A stretch of 62,645 nucleotides of DNA, filler included, from Choristocarpus tenellus KU-1152 (taxonomy: Eukaryota > Protista > Phaeophyceae), in the NCBI GenBank assembly GCA_964200185.2. It is 12 parts of 12 records of this genome, joined end to end, with 100 filler letters (N's around TTAATTAATTAA, not from the genome) between each part and the next. Parts side by side here need not be neighbours in the genome. Positions count along the whole stretch, not along the records: positions 25,645 to 33,744 come from CAXNAD020005150.1; positions 33,845 to 39,381 come from CAXNAD020010482.1; positions 39,482 to 42,348 come from CAXNAD020024083.1; 9 more parts are not named here. One strand, written 5' to 3'. The notes under the pieces are model-generated. The model searched no databases. It was given only the letters and a program-made list of their open reading frames with translations, and was not told where the DNA came from. This document shows, in pieces, positions 25,672 through 39,567 of this stretch; the stretch's first letter is position 1; every line of letters starts with the position of its first letter. The position numbers and the translations under genes are program-made.

Positions 25672-27240
25672 AGATGTTCCAAATGAGGTTGAGTGGACTC
25701 TGCTGGACATCCACCTCAAGAAATAAGTGTAGGGAATGTTTCATCAGCGTAGATGGGAAAATGAATTCAACAATGTGCACTGCCTATGTTTAATCGATGA
25801 CTTTCCAGAGGTCCTGCCAGGACTTGTCATTTATGTGGTGAAGATGTAATGGGACACGCAGGATATCCTCTTTTTTCCTAGATTGGTAGGGAATGGGAAT
25901 CATGCCCTCAAGAAAAGGGGCACAAAAGGATACTCCTTTGGTCCCTCGCTTTACTGTCTCGCCACGACCATAGTACTTAAGTAGGTCCAGTCGATAGTTG
26001 GACCTCGGGGGGGTTTCTCCTGAAGCTTCCTCAATTGCATATCCATATCCATATCCACGAGGGAGATTGACATTTCAATCATAGCTGCCTTGAGAAGCTC
26101 AAACCAGACCTGCATGAAGGGGGCATAGTCCTCAACATGGACGAGACATATGTTGCACCACCTCAGGGCCACCAACCTATGCGATCTTGAACTCCTCACC
26201 AATACATGATCAACCTAGCTCCAGATCGAGAATGGTTTCATTGATCTCAAGCACCAGTAGGGACGGATGATTATGTCCATGCCCACAACACAGGGGCAAT
26301 TGAGACTTTAGGGTCAAGGCTGCTGGTTACAAAGTTGATTGAGGTGGGGGACAAAACTGGTTGGTTGGCTCCTCAACTCATGGTTTCTCTCTTCCTTCTT
26401 GGGTTACCTTGTGAGGGCCATTTCCGCACACCTGGCAGGTCTCTCCATGGGGCAGGCAGATAACACTTTGTAGAACCTAAAAAGATAACGGGGGTTGCTG
26501 GCTCTGCTGAATCAACTGAGTTTATTTATTGAGACTCTTCGCCTAGAAGCACACCATCAAGTTCAGGTACAAATGAACACAAGTTCAGGAGGTCTAGGCC
26601 TGTCCTCCATGAGATTCCAGCAACACCCTGCTTTTGTGAGTTCTTTGGTGGTCACTCTCCCCATCCTCCTGCCCAGACAATTAGGATCCCAAGAAGAGGC
26701 CTTTACACGAGTCATTTTATGCAAGCCCCACAGCATAGGTGCTAGGATAATCCATTCATGCCATCATCTCATCGTGAGTCCCATCGAGGACCTGGCAGGG
26801 AATATTTGTCATGACTGGGTTGACTGGGCTGGTACGATCGCTTTTGCTCCACTTCAAGGAGGGTCTAGCATGACATTGCACGCCCTCTGAATAGGATTCG
26901 CTTCAACTCCTTTAGGATGGCAACTTTCCTGCAACCCCAGAGGAACTGGGCAGGGAAGTTTCCTAGCTGGCTCTACAGGCCACTGGAGCTAGCATGGCCC
27001 ACCACCCACCTCCTGGAGCCAGCACGCCAGATCCTTCCTGTAGAGTTCAGTCACACTGCCACAGGTATCTAGAGAGAATAGAGGTCTTGCCAAAGAGGTG
27101 CCCAGCGGCTGGGTAGATGAGGCAACTTTAACATGCCCGAGCCTGCCCTAGAGCAGGACGACAGGTTTGGCAGCACACGCCAAAAGTGGAAAGGTTACGC
27201 CAAATGTGCACGGGAATCGACTCCTCTTGTCACTGTTTTC
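25672..27240 (-). mobile_element. Decayed Ty3/Gypsy gag-protease-RT remnant
   Basis: CYK..C knuckle-like segment, PCVVGMDII (protease lGmD), PIPYQSRKKRISCVSHY (RT start, P...KK..R.C.DY). Confidence 0.5.
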
Positions 27241-27315
27241 CATTTTGTGAAGGGGAATCGTGTGAGGCTTATAACCTGTTGGAATCTGGGATTGAATTGA
27301 TCGTGCTCTTGTACA

Positions 27316-27574
27316 GAGTCAAAGTATCTTAGAGAGTAGGGCCGCGTCCATTCGGGGGCCGAAATCCAATGTTGCGATTTCCATGTAATTTTATCAGTCG
27401 TATTTGTTAGGAAGCGTCAGTATCCTTGTTCCGGACAAACCATTTCATAACATATACATATTATCTACTCCGAAACATTTCGGAGCAGGAAAAATATCAC
27501 AAAAACCTCATGGGAAGCCAAGCCTCAAATGGACAAACAGGGCAAAACCCGTACCCTGTAAGATACTTTCACTC
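27316..27574. mobile_element. MITE family B, full length
   Basis: aca|gagtcaaagtatcttagag...ccctgtaagatactttcactc|aca. Confidence 0.92.
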
Positions 27575-27679
27575 ACAGTGACAGGTTGGTTGTGGTGAAG
27601 GGGCGTCATAGTGCAACGAAATACTGGTGAATTCGTGGTGATGAACCTAGTGACATGCTTCACACAGTCAGAGATTATC

Positions 27680-27880
27680 TAGTATTGTGATGTTGGGTAT
27701 TCCTTGGTACATTCAAAGGAAGAGATTCATGCTCTGTGTGTAGGGGCTTGTCACCTTGTGAAGAAGGGTTTTGCGGTTGTGTAAACTCTGAATATATTGC
27801 ATCCAGTTGTATATCAGCTACACTTAGTGCAGAGTGAGGTTGGTGTCTAAGTGGAGGGTAGTCCAACAAAGGAAAGAAAC
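27680..27880 (-). repeat. Dispersed repeat, homologous to 43545-43920 (+)
   Basis: RHQPHSALSVADIQLDAIYSE vs RHQAHSALSVPDTHLDAIHSE; nucleotide similarity visible throughout. Confidence 0.8.
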
Positions 27881-29118
27881 AATATATGAGATACAACTCA
27901 CGGTTCTGTTGTGAACATAAAAACAAAGAAGCAAACGCAAATCAATATCTGGGACAACTCATGTGCACATACGATGCTTGCATCCTTGATGGATATCGAC
28001 TATTCCATACTTGTTATGAACCATGGGTAACGGTGATTGATGATCCTATGATGGAGTACCAATGATGAAAAGTTGAGTAACGACTAGTACCGATGTGCGA
28101 CTCAAGAGTCAGTATCGAATGGTAATACTGTATGATATCAATGGCACAAGAGATAAGTAGCCCATGCTTCAACATGGCAACCTGTTCAAGGTGGACAGGA
28201 ATTTTCGAATGAATTGTGTTGTTCCACCTGGAACCTTACTGGAGGCTGGCTCCCCCCCCCAATGAGATAAATATATTATTTTAGATCCTGTCCTTACAGA
28301 GTTCCAGCTCCTGCCGTTACAGAGGTCCAGGTTGCTTGTCACCTAGCCAACTCATCCACTGGGAATGGTGCTGCTGCTGGCAGTCAAGGTGCAAAAGCGC
28401 ACCTACTACGAAGGATCTTTCGATCCTTGTAATTATAATCTCAACACCTTTGTAGTGGAATTTTGTTCGTCTCAGTACGCAAGCAGAGAGCTTCCTTGAT
28501 GAGTTCCCCATCAATGTGGTAGGGGGGAGAGGGTCTGGGGGTTAGGCCAGGAAAGGAACAATAAAGACTCGTCTGAGACAGGTAGTATCTGTAACTGCGC
28601 ATATAACTATTCTAGGAGGGTGACGCGGTATTCAACCTGGAGAGACTTGCTCGGTGGGCACGGGCGCAAAGGTGCCTTACAGACTCTTGGGAATCTCCCC
28701 TACTTCCTCCTCGCCCACCTTTGAGGGGTTTAGATAGGAGGCATAGTAGTGTGAAGAGTGATTCGTTGGGACTAAGTTGTGAATTCATTTTTTTTCAAGT
28801 TTTTGAAATTGAGGACGTGTGGGAGTCATCTTCCAAAGAAGGTATACCTCTAAGGTTTGTTTTTGCATGTTGAAGGTAACATCTGGTTGAAGTAGATAGC
28901 GGATGGTTTGAGGGGGCCTTGCAACCCCCCTCACTCACTTTCCACTCGTTCACTCTTTCCTGAGTGACCTTCTGAGGGATTGCTCTCCCTCTTGCGTTGT
29001 CTCTCTCGATTTTCTTGCCTCCTGTGGGTCTTCCCGCTCCCCTTCAATCTGAAGAACCTTTCGGCTCGTTTCCATCTGCTTCACAGACCCATAAAATTTG
29101 TACAAACATGGATCATTT

Positions 29119-29297
29119 GAGCCAAATTATCTGGGGGGGAGGGGCGGTCTACTCCAGGGTGCCCATTTGGACCAAAACCAGAAAAAAGTGCGCTTACGTT
29201 ATCCATTCGACGTATGCAACCAAATCACCCAAAGATCGTGACATGAAAATTGACCCCAAATGGACAGCTGCCACCCCCCCCCCAGATATTTTGAACC
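29119..29297 (+). mobile_element. MITE family A, full length, TSD ATTT
   Basis: attt|gagccaaattatctgggg...cccagatattttgaacc|attt. Confidence 0.92.
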
Positions 29298-29318
29298 ATT
29301 TCCATCTTCTTTCTTCTA

Positions 29319-30446
29319 TAGTGTTGGCAGTCGCCCCTAGGATGAGACCAATCTTGTTTTCTTGAAAGGGTTGCCCAACGAGTTAATTGAAATTGAGCGT
29401 ATCAAATGAAAGCTCTGGATCTAACCCATCACGATGCAAATGATTTTTTTCGGAAAAGTTTTGATAAGGTTAAATGTTAACTGAATGTTTCGACACAACC
29501 TTGGAAATGTTCCGGAATGAATTATCACGATCAAACATATTTATCCGAAATAATTCTTTTGACTAATCGATAGCTTGGATCCAGAGCTTTCATTTGATAC
29601 GCTGATCGTCGATTAAACCGTTGGGCAACCCTTTCAAAACAATCAAGATTGGTCACCCCCAAAACGGTACGTGGGCTAACCTCGGCTTCATACTGTTTAA
29701 GCCACTCACAGGACACGATTCTGGTTGAGCGTCTTGGAGGACACTTCTTTTCCAAAGTACCACTGTGAATTGGACCCGATAGAGATGGTCTGGGGGCGGG
29801 CGAAGCACTATGTACAAGGGCAATGTGACTACACATTGCCTGCAATGAGAACCAACATTCCTGTCAGTCTTGAGGAGGAAAGGGAGCTGTCCAGAGTAAT
29901 TGTGGAGAGGTTCTTCAGGTTGAGCATTGCTTACCCCCTGATATATCCCAACGAGAAAGGCATGGAGTGCACCAAATTGGACAGGGTATAGAAGACATTC
30001 ATGTCTCACAGGAGGCCTGCACCTTCAGAATACCTCATTTGACTTAGCATGGATTGTATGGTTCAGAGGACTGGGTCACCATGAGTGAACCGTAGTCAGC
30101 AGGCGACAACATCGCATAAAATGGGAAATAATTGAAAGAGAATGGAGAGACAATAACACTCATGTTCTCCAGGCGAAGGTGACCTCTTCAGGCGTCAAAG
30201 TCATCCTTAAATGCGCGGCTCGCACGCGATGCGTGACACCCCCCGTGCGAACCGTGCGCGCGGACTACTTGATTTAAGTGTGGCCCTGTATTTCTCAGGA
30301 TTACTCTAAGTTGGGCAACCGAGACCCATCAAACAAGGTTAAGCATGCTGATGCGATTACAACAAACGAATTTTCATGAAAAAATGTATTGTTGATCAAA
30401 AGTTATGACGCGACAAAGTTGATGCAGGAGGCGACTGCCAACGCTG
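29319..30446 (+). mobile_element. Non-autonomous Tc1/IS630-type transposon with TIRs, TA TSD and a transposase C-terminal fragment (29725-29991)
   Basis: TA|tagtgttggcagtcgcc...ggcgactgccaacgctg|TA; FPKYHCELDPIEMVWGRAKHYV carries the catalytic E motif. Confidence 0.85.
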
Positions 30447-31026
30447 TACGACACATTTGAGGGAGGATGTTAGAGATAATAAATTATATATATATCTACC
30501 ACCAAGGGCAAAAAAATATTGGAGTTGGAAATTTGAAATCGACTTCAAGAACACAACCAGAAATATGTGTGATACAATATGTTGGTAGGGATAAGATGTG
30601 AATATTATTTATTTATTATTATTATACTATATATTACAGTGTGTATATTATTTTGCTCTAACATTTAGCATATATATGTTATATTTATATTATGCAGATA
30701 TGTTGGTGGAAATTACTGAACAAACCGTTGGTATATTTTCCATGAGTATTGGCGAGGATAATAACTTGACATCATTGGACAGAAATGGGTTGCAGTTGGT
30801 GCTGAAATTGGGGAGATGAGAAATACCCAGATGATATGAAATGTTATGTTTGACCGACAGGGGATCTAGGATAAGTTGCATATCCCCTCCACACCAATTC
30901 ACTGCACAACGATCAAGCAGCATGCAGCTGTGTCTATTGCTCCCCACAAAGTCTACGTAACGACGATTTAAAGCAGTAAAGCAGTAGGGATCATCTAGAA
31001 ATTAGCTTGGAAAACTTGGTGGTGAC

Positions 31027-33607
31027 ATGCCCAGCACGACAGGAGGGCCAAACAAGATCTCTGACCTTCTCTCCATCGGAGGCAAGGGATGTTCCCAGAG
31101 ACAAGATGTCGGGATGTCCTCCATGTTTCTGATGGGGGCATTGGGGATCACATCTGTGGCCGGAGTTTTTGCGGCATACCTTCGTCCTTGGGATATCTGG
31201 GAAGAATGCAGGTAATGTTTGTCACACACCTAAGCATTTCTTTGATTTAGGCATGTCGGACGGAACTACAATTGTGCTTGCTCGCATTTGTTGTATAGTA
31301 TACCGTTCTCTAGATCGAAAAGAGTATACCACTCCCTATTCAACGGAAGCAGCTGTTTTCAGGCAAGAATACCTACACACTTTGGTGCAAGACTTGATAT
31401 TGATCGTGTCCTACCTCTATAGCGGGGTGTTGTTGCCTGGGGAAAGAAACGAAGCAAAGAATGGCATTCGAAGACCTCCAATGACGAACTTGGTTTCCAT
31501 ACCTAGACAAATTTTGAAATCCCAACCCTAAACATGACTATTAACATACGTATCCTTTGTCACTTCCCTGATGTTAGCGTTCACCTATTCCGCATGTTCG
31601 TCCCAGTTCTTGAGCATTCCTAGTATCTCATGACATACCAGAAGCCGAGCGCTAAACACTAAACGTCGTCGTTGACCTAGAAACTTCTTGGTGGCTTGCC
31701 TATTAATCGGATGTATTACTACCATGTGTTCATCTTGTTCAGTACCCGCAGTCTGACACTACTCACTTGACCCGGACAGGTACCAGGCGTTGATGTAATG
31801 ATTTCATAGCTAATTCTCCTCTGCAATTGGGTTATGCGTGTATTGTAGGGGCCAAGCGCTCACTAACGCAGAAATAGCTTTGTCATCCGACTTGTAGTAA
31901 GTGCCTAAACAGTTTGTGTACATGCCTTCGTTCCTGTATTTATACTGCAACCAAATTTGTGACCCGTCACTAATTTCCAGCTCATCCCGTTTGCCAGTAG
32001 ACTCCGAGGTCGAGAACTTGCTCAGCGCATCTTCTCTGGGCGAGGCCAAGGGGATTGCAATCCATCTGATCCCAACAACCGTGAAGTTAGGTCACCATCA
32101 GGTCTAGAATTCTCAGCCATGGAACGGGCCTATGCAGAACTTGGCAAGCAAGTGCTTGACCTTTGTGCTCTCCCACAGGGCATGTCTGTGTGCACTCTTT
32201 CTCATCAGGTGTGTATTAATCATATTCTCGTTATAGCACTGGTTTTTGCTTGATAGTGCCCTCTGTACTGAGGGCATGCCTTTTGTCAACTAGGGTAATG
32301 AAGCCAGGCAGAATGGAGCAACACAAAAGGCGATCAATATTTGAAGGTGAAAGAGGAAGTGCAACATGCTGTATGGTTACACTTGTGGTCTTGCCTAAGC
32401 TTTAGCAGAGTCAGGTGTACTTTTGCCCAGCAGTGTAGTTAGACTGTGGTGAAGGGTTGAGACTGTACCGGGCAGGGGATTTTGTCTCTTCAAGCACAAC
32501 TCACAGTACCCTTGCATTTTTCAAAGTCCTGTTGATCTCGCACAACACCCGCACTTGTTTCTCTTTTATTATTGATCTCCTGCCTGCACAGACGGCGCCT
32601 CTGAGTGATGCCAGTCTTACAGTAACAACAATTATACCTATCGTAGTGGTAGGGAGGGTAGAGGGGATTGTACAAAGTCGTAAGAACATTTTCCATAGTT
32701 CTTCGACTGCCAATGCCCCATCTCTCAAATCAATTTATTGCACCCCCTCACCACCTACTCACATTATTCACATCATTCACACCGCAATGGGGGGATTCCC
32801 TCCCCTTTATTGCAATGGTTTGACTGAGCAGACATTTACCCCATGATTGAAGCAAGGGATGTAATCGGAGTAGAGGAGCTTTGGTCTGTGATGTTCCTTT
32901 CTTTCCTGTTCCACGACGAAAGTAACACCTGAATGGTCCCTTTCCCTTGCACCAATATATTTCTTTTGTCTAACTAAGCAGTTCTTACGCCGATATGATT
33001 AGGGTTCTAAGTCACCTTCAGACCAATGGGGATCAAACATGCTCTAACCAGTCCTCAACTCCCTCATGTAGGCGTTTTTTTCTCTGATTTGTATTTAATT
33101 GAATCTTGATGATAGTATTGTTGTGTGCTACTCCCTCCACCCGTGTGAATGTGAAATGCCTATCACATACTATTGGTCTAAACATTTTCTTTTCTTTTTT
33201 TTTCTATTCTTCATCCATGTTTTTACTATAAAATCTACTAAAATACGCCTTTAGTGCAAACTTGTAGTGGAGGCTTATGTACTTGTGGGTGTGTGTATGG
33301 ATGTACTTTATGGGAGTCTCATTCTGCTTCTGACGACTATGACTATTTCTAGGTTGGTGGGCACAGGGAGACAGCCTTTAGACCTGGAATACTCCAGTTG
33401 AAAGTGACCTGTCAAGGCCCTATACAGGAAGGCGTCCATCGACATGGCACTGAAAGTCTCAGTAGTATAGAGTTGGGAATGGGGCATGGTGGTAGTAAAT
33501 CAGATCTTCCATGTCAACACTACATCCTTAAGCCTATGCAGGAGGGTGCTAGGGGCCTGCAGGAGCTCGCATTCTATGAAGGAGTGATGGGGGTCAATGG
33601 GAAGCAG
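31027..33607 (+). CDS. Inositol polyphosphate kinase (IPK/IPMK family), 5' part; exons 31027-31211, 31981-32101, 33353-33607
   Basis: Splicing reconstitutes HHQ|VGGH, then YILKPMQEGARGLQELAFYE; GT-AG introns, phases 2 and 0 consistent. Confidence 0.85.
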
Positions 33608-33858
33608 GTAGAGTGATGCATCCTAACCAGAAGTAAGCCCCGTTATCAAGATTAGCCCTTGAAAATGTGTGCATGTGGGAGAGTGGGGGGGGGTGCGCAG
33701 AGTAGGGGGGGGGGGTTGAGTCAACGAGGGGGGGGAGGTGTTGGNNNNNNNNNNNNNNNNNNNNNNNNNNNNNNNNNNNNNNNNNNNNTTAATTAATTAA
33801 NNNNNNNNNNNNNNNNNNNNNNNNNNNNNNNNNNNNNNNNNNNNTGTAATATTTTGGT

Positions 33859-33893
<35 letters not shown>

Positions 33894-34787
33894 GACAGGT
33901 GAAGTGGAACAGCTGTGGAGAATGTTCTTGTTTTAGTGCAATATAGAACCTTGTCTTGAGTGTATGTAGTGAGAAACTGATCCGTCATGAAGAACATCTC
34001 CCATAGACTTGAAGATAGGCTGGTGTGGTGCAGTGCTGCTCCTCAACCTCCTCCCATCCTCCTCCTGTCACTGAACCTTACCTGAATGTGTCCCCGTTAT
34101 GTCCTCTGCCCTTGCATGCCGCCCTTCCCAACCCACCCAACTTATTGAACTGCTTTGTGTGTTGTCCCAAACCTTTGGACTCTCAGCTTAGCTCGAGCTC
34201 AAAATATTGTTGTACCATGTTGGAACAACATATTGCAACTTCTAGGCTCTAGAGCAACAATATTCCAACCGATGAGCGAACCCTTCCGTTGCTAGACTGG
34301 CATTGAGGCCAGTGTAATGGAAGACAAGTTTCAGCATTGATCACCCTAATATTCTTTTTGTAGCCACAACCGATTTCTGAAATGTGGTGTATCCCAAGAC
34401 TTAACCCCAAGATGTGCAGTGATTGCTTCGTCGCTGGAAAGATGGAGGAGAGGAGAGACTCAGTGTGTGCTCCCTGAGCGATATGGAGCCTTCCCCAATC
34501 TCCTGTTACCGATCCATTATGCTACCATGATCCGGATGACTGCGGACAAGAGAGTTCCTGCATCAATCCTGGCGTGCTATCCTGATAGAACTTCCTGATG
34601 CTATTCTGATAACCTAACCTAATTTTGCTTCCTCCCACGAGGTATTGCTCCCGTGTCTTCACTATTGTCTTCACTACTGTATTCACTACTGTCTCTGACA
34701 TGTTCATTCATACACAAACTCTGTGCATTCTTCGCACCGACACCTGCTGCGATGATGAAACCCTCCTGTGTCTGCGTCTATAAACAG

Positions 34788-37700
34788 GTTCATCTCCTTC
34801 ATATCCTTGTCCAAGCCAACATGTAGAGCCTTTGTGGCTGGCCCTGGCACTGACCATTCATCAGGAGATTCTGACTCCACTACAGGAAATGCTGGGTCAG
34901 AGATGCCTGGGTTGGAAGGCTACTGGACTGACTACCATGATGCTGGTGTTGCTAACATTGACACGAGTGACAGTTATGATGAGTACCCAGTAGCTGACCC
35001 AGAGGAAAGGGGCCGTGCCACAGCTTTGCAGGCTATGTCTGGGGTTTCTGTAGTGGATGTGGAAATGGGGGTGGGAAAGCGCATACTCACAGGTGGGGGA
35101 AATGTTCATCCTGCCCACCTCTCACCCCTCCCCTCCTCTGCCCATCTCTCCTCAAAAACCCTGTTGGTGTGTTGCAGCCGTGCTGATAAATAGAGATGTG
35201 ATCCGCCCCAGTCAATTATTGATATCCCATGCTGTGGTCAACAAATTTCAGCTCCAATTAGAGTTGGTGGTGTCCAATTCGTCATTAGAAGCGATGGACT
35301 CCTCATTGGATACAGAGGAGAAGATTATGCCATTTTCTTGAGGTATGTTGCTGTTTTCCTGTTCAATCACACCTTTACACATTTTGAGGAAATGTCTTGA
35401 GGAGCTTTGCTTAGTAGGCAGCAGAAGTCTCATCTCTTGCTGTTATTGTCCATTTTTCCATGGATTGCGAAAGGCAGGATGTGAGTTAGCTGAAAAGGAT
35501 GAAATCCACTCAAACACGTAAGAATCCATACTTTTAATTTTTGAGTGTAGTAGTACAAACCCCTATCTAAAAATGAAAAAAAATGCAGCATACTTTTGTA
35601 CATTTGATCTAGGCGTGACAGGTGAAGATTAATTATTCACCTAACACGTTAAAAATAAAGTAGTTAGTTTAACTTTTTGACGTTTTATACTTGAAATTTG
35701 CAATGAGATATTTACTAGAAGCACAGATTTCATGCAAGCAAGGCTAGCATTTGCTTTATTTTGTATTTTTTTAGTAATTAATATTTACGGTAAGTGCACC
35801 CCAGCGCGGTGCAGTTATGCAACAGCCACAGTATAAGAACAACTGGGTGGTGTGGTATGGTAGGGTGAAACGTATCCCTAGGAACCCAGGATACAGTTGG
35901 GGCATTCTAACAGTTCCATACGGTTTCACAATTTCAGACAATGGGGTCGTGGAATAGGCTAACCATGGACATTTTTCCCAGTCAATACTGTAACTGTGAA
36001 AAAAAAAGAGGGTTTTGCTGCAGTATTTCTTAGCTGTGTAGACCCCTGCAAGTTTTGAAGGCTGATCTGCCTTGAGATGCACAGTGATAGAAGAAAATGA
36101 TGGTTGTATAGTTTGAAAAACATCACAGGGGTGAGGAAGATGATTGATGTATTTTAGTCACTAGTTTGGAGTGTTTGATCATACTGTTTGCGATGTGGGG
36201 GGTGTATTGTTGACCCAAAGAAGAAACCAAGAAGGTGCTGCTGCTGAGTTTCAAGGGCCCCTCTGTCTTTCTGGTGGAATAAATGTTTGGAGCACACACG
36301 TCTGCAGGTGTGGAGTACATATTAGCTGCTTTATGGCCATATTTAAATATTAAATTTAAATTGCAGAAGTGGGGCATCCATATCGGTTCCCTTTTGCAAA
36401 TGTCTTCATCTTCGGTGAACAAAGTTGAAGAGTGTCTTGTAAACCTCAAAATGGTCAAAACATCTTTCTCTGTCAGTTGAAGAGTTGGTATTGTAAACTC
36501 TAAAATTTGAGTAGACAGCTTGATTCTTCGAAGTGGGGTACAACATAAAACCCAAGACTCTAGATAGTAAAGGCTCTTGTGTATGTTGGGAGCTGATCGA
36601 ATCGTTTTCTTGCTTACTTATTTTTCTGCGGACTTAAGTCAGATGATGAAGATGTCCAACTCCACTTGAAGTAAAGCTAGATGGAAAAAACAAGAATCTC
36701 TTCATATCCACTCAAACTCCGAGTGTGTTTTGTTGTCCTTCCATCTGCGTGTCCAAAGTATCAGTCTTATCTATTCTGTCTTGCGTGGTGGAGTGATTTG
36801 AGCACATTGGACGATACAGTCATAATATTTTTTGCGTTTTATGGATCCCTTGCACCAGCAACTGTTTCTTGGGGTGGGGAGGGAAAGAATATATTTTTTA
36901 ATTCTATGCTATTGATGTTCCCTTTCTCTTTCTGATGCTAGATGGGTGAAAAAGTGGACCATGCGTTGTCCAATGAGTGGGCACTATACTGCTCAGTTCC
37001 CAGTCCTACACATTTTCCGCCAGCAGTTGTAACCAATAAGCACAATTTGTATCATTGGTTGCCCTCTGGCAAGCACTCTGGGTATAAGTTAAATCTCTTT
37101 GTTTCATCGGGTTTAGTTTGTGCCTTGCTCATTTTATTAAGACTGGATATGGTAGAAACAATTGTCTTCTGGGTTCTGCTGTTGTGTTGGTTGTAAATCC
37201 TTTCATTCCACCTTTCGATATGTGGTGTATGTATTGATCACAATCCTTCCAAACTCTGACTTGAACCAGGGCACTACTCGACAAAGCTCCTTGTGATGGG
37301 GGGGTCTCTGAATGCTCTTGTTGTGGTGGACGGCAATGATTTCGGTAGCCTTGGATACACCCTACATTCTCCATCTGAGATATATGAATCCCCGTACTTT
37401 CACTTCAACCCACGCATATGCCGCATAACTGGGTGGGAAAGATCAGGACCGGAGGTAGGGCTGGGCCCAGGGGGAAGGCACATACAGGGGCAAGAAGACC
37501 CAGGAGTTACTTGTCATTTGGGGGCCAGAGGGGGGAAGAAAGGCAATTTGAGAGGGAAAACTAGAAGCAGACAAAGGCAAACACCGGTCACACCTTGGGT
37601 GGATGTTCGACCATCACCCGTCGATGGCATCTGCACATGTGCAGCTGTGTCTGGTGCTGTCCTCTTTCTAGGTTATCATACAGAGCAGATTATTGCTGTT

Positions 37701-38754
37701 CATGTAATGTATGGTCAGAAGCTGTACAGGTGAGGCTTGTTGGATACGTATTTCAGATGCTTACACTGTGGTGCTTGTTTTTCCTCCTATCTACTTTGTA
37801 GTGTGTACTGTGTGATACTAGGCGTGCTATTGGGTTGGTATCGTTATCTTGCTCCAGGGGAGGGTGGTTACAGAGATCCGTTCAATTCTATGTTGTGGCA
37901 TGCAAGAATCGCTATGGAAATCTTCCCTCCCTTTGAATGTTTTCATATTTTTATGTGTTACTGTGTGTATTTATTCAATCGAACAGTGCTGACTTGATGG
38001 AATTTTCGGGGGGGTTAGCAGCTCATTTCTTTCATGCATATTTATTCGTGCTGCACATGGGATGAGACTTTTGTGTGAAACGCCTATGAATACTTAGATC
38101 ATATTTTCCCATTTTTGACAGATTCCTCGTTGTTAAACACCCTTATGTTGTTAGATTCTTGATCGCATGTCCATAGCAGCTATCACTAGCTCTACAACAA
38201 GGTATGTTGACCCTGAAATATAAGCAAATATTTTTTTCTTAAGCTATGCTAACATTGAGAGATGAGGGAGATGACACAAAATACAAGTTTGCACCACTCG
38301 AATGGCCTGCTTATCACATTTAACCAATACGATGTGTTGACCTCCTTGCAACCTCCACAGCCTTCATATAAAAATGAGCCTTAAATATATGGAATGGAAT
38401 CTGTGATGCAGAAAGAAATGCACAGAAGCTGCAGAACACAACGCATCCCTCATGTCCTCTTTCCTTTGCTGTCCTCCCCACCCCCCCAGGCTGATTATAG
38501 GTGGTCTTTCTCCAGTCCGCATCCTCCCTGATAAAGACTCCCTGCTAGTATACTGCTTCTCTGGGAATCTGACTCGATGGTGGTGGCCAGATGAAGAGGG
38601 TCGCCATTGGCGCCACTCAGCTGCAGAGAAACTAGGAGGCTGTGCATGTAGAGATGAATTGTTGACGCGGTCTGGAGGGGACAGTGTAGACTGCGAATTC
38701 CTCTGGGAAATACCTAATGCTGGGGGGGCATCACCAGAGAGCAAATATGAAATG
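34788..38754 (+). CDS. Unidentified spliced gene; candidate exons 34788-35092 and 38501(or 38490)-38754
   Basis: Long open frames bounded by AG/GT; joining at 38501 gives KRILTG|GLSPVRILPDKDSLLVYCFSGNLTRWWWP. Confidence 0.45.
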
Positions 38755-39481
38755 GTTAGAGGCTGCAGTAGCAGTAGTGTTGGTGGAAGTTAGTGTGGTT
38801 ATTTTTGTTGTGAACGCTAAAAAGTATAGATGTTACTGCAGTCCTTGATGTATGTTACATAGCATAAGGCAGGGATTTGAAAACGCTACAAATGGGTGAA
38901 TGTACAGTGTGGTTGTGAGGGAAGATCATTATCTTGAGGACTCAGGGATGTGTCGACGTTTCTGTGGGTTGAGTTTGCTGGCTTAGGTTAGGAGGCTATT
39001 CAGTGCTACTACGGTTGTTGCTATTATTGACCTTTGACATTCACAAGCACCGCCTGTCTCGACACTGTTTTGTTCAAAACCGCACAGTTTAATTATCGAT
39101 GTCTCTCTTAGAAGTTGAAGAAGGCTTAGGCTTGCCTATTCACACAGCATCATCCAGCCGCAACAAAAGGGATGCAAAGGCATGGGTGGCAGGAGAATTG
39201 GTCCTGTCGTGATCCACCAAATTGCACAGACTACTACTGGTCTGGTGTTGGTGGAATCTACTAAGAACAGCCTCTCGGCAAAATTGAGGATGGAGCTTAC
39301 TATGGAGGATGGGTTTGACCCAAAATGGTGTGCGGAAAGTGTCCATATGTTTGTTTTGTAAATGTTGCGGCACTTTTGAAGNNNNNNNNNNNNNNNNNNN
39401 NNNNNNNNNNNNNNNNNNNNNNNNNTTAATTAATTAANNNNNNNNNNNNNNNNNNNNNNNNNNNNNNNNNNNNNNNNNNNN

Positions 39482-39521
<40 letters not shown>

Positions 39522-39567
39522 GGGGGGGGGGGGCGGCCCCGGTATACATGGTCAACGATAAACAATT

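Noticed and set aside
30699-30830. CWWKLL...FP*VLAR resembling a hAT dimerisation domain
   Set aside because: Too short and degraded to call
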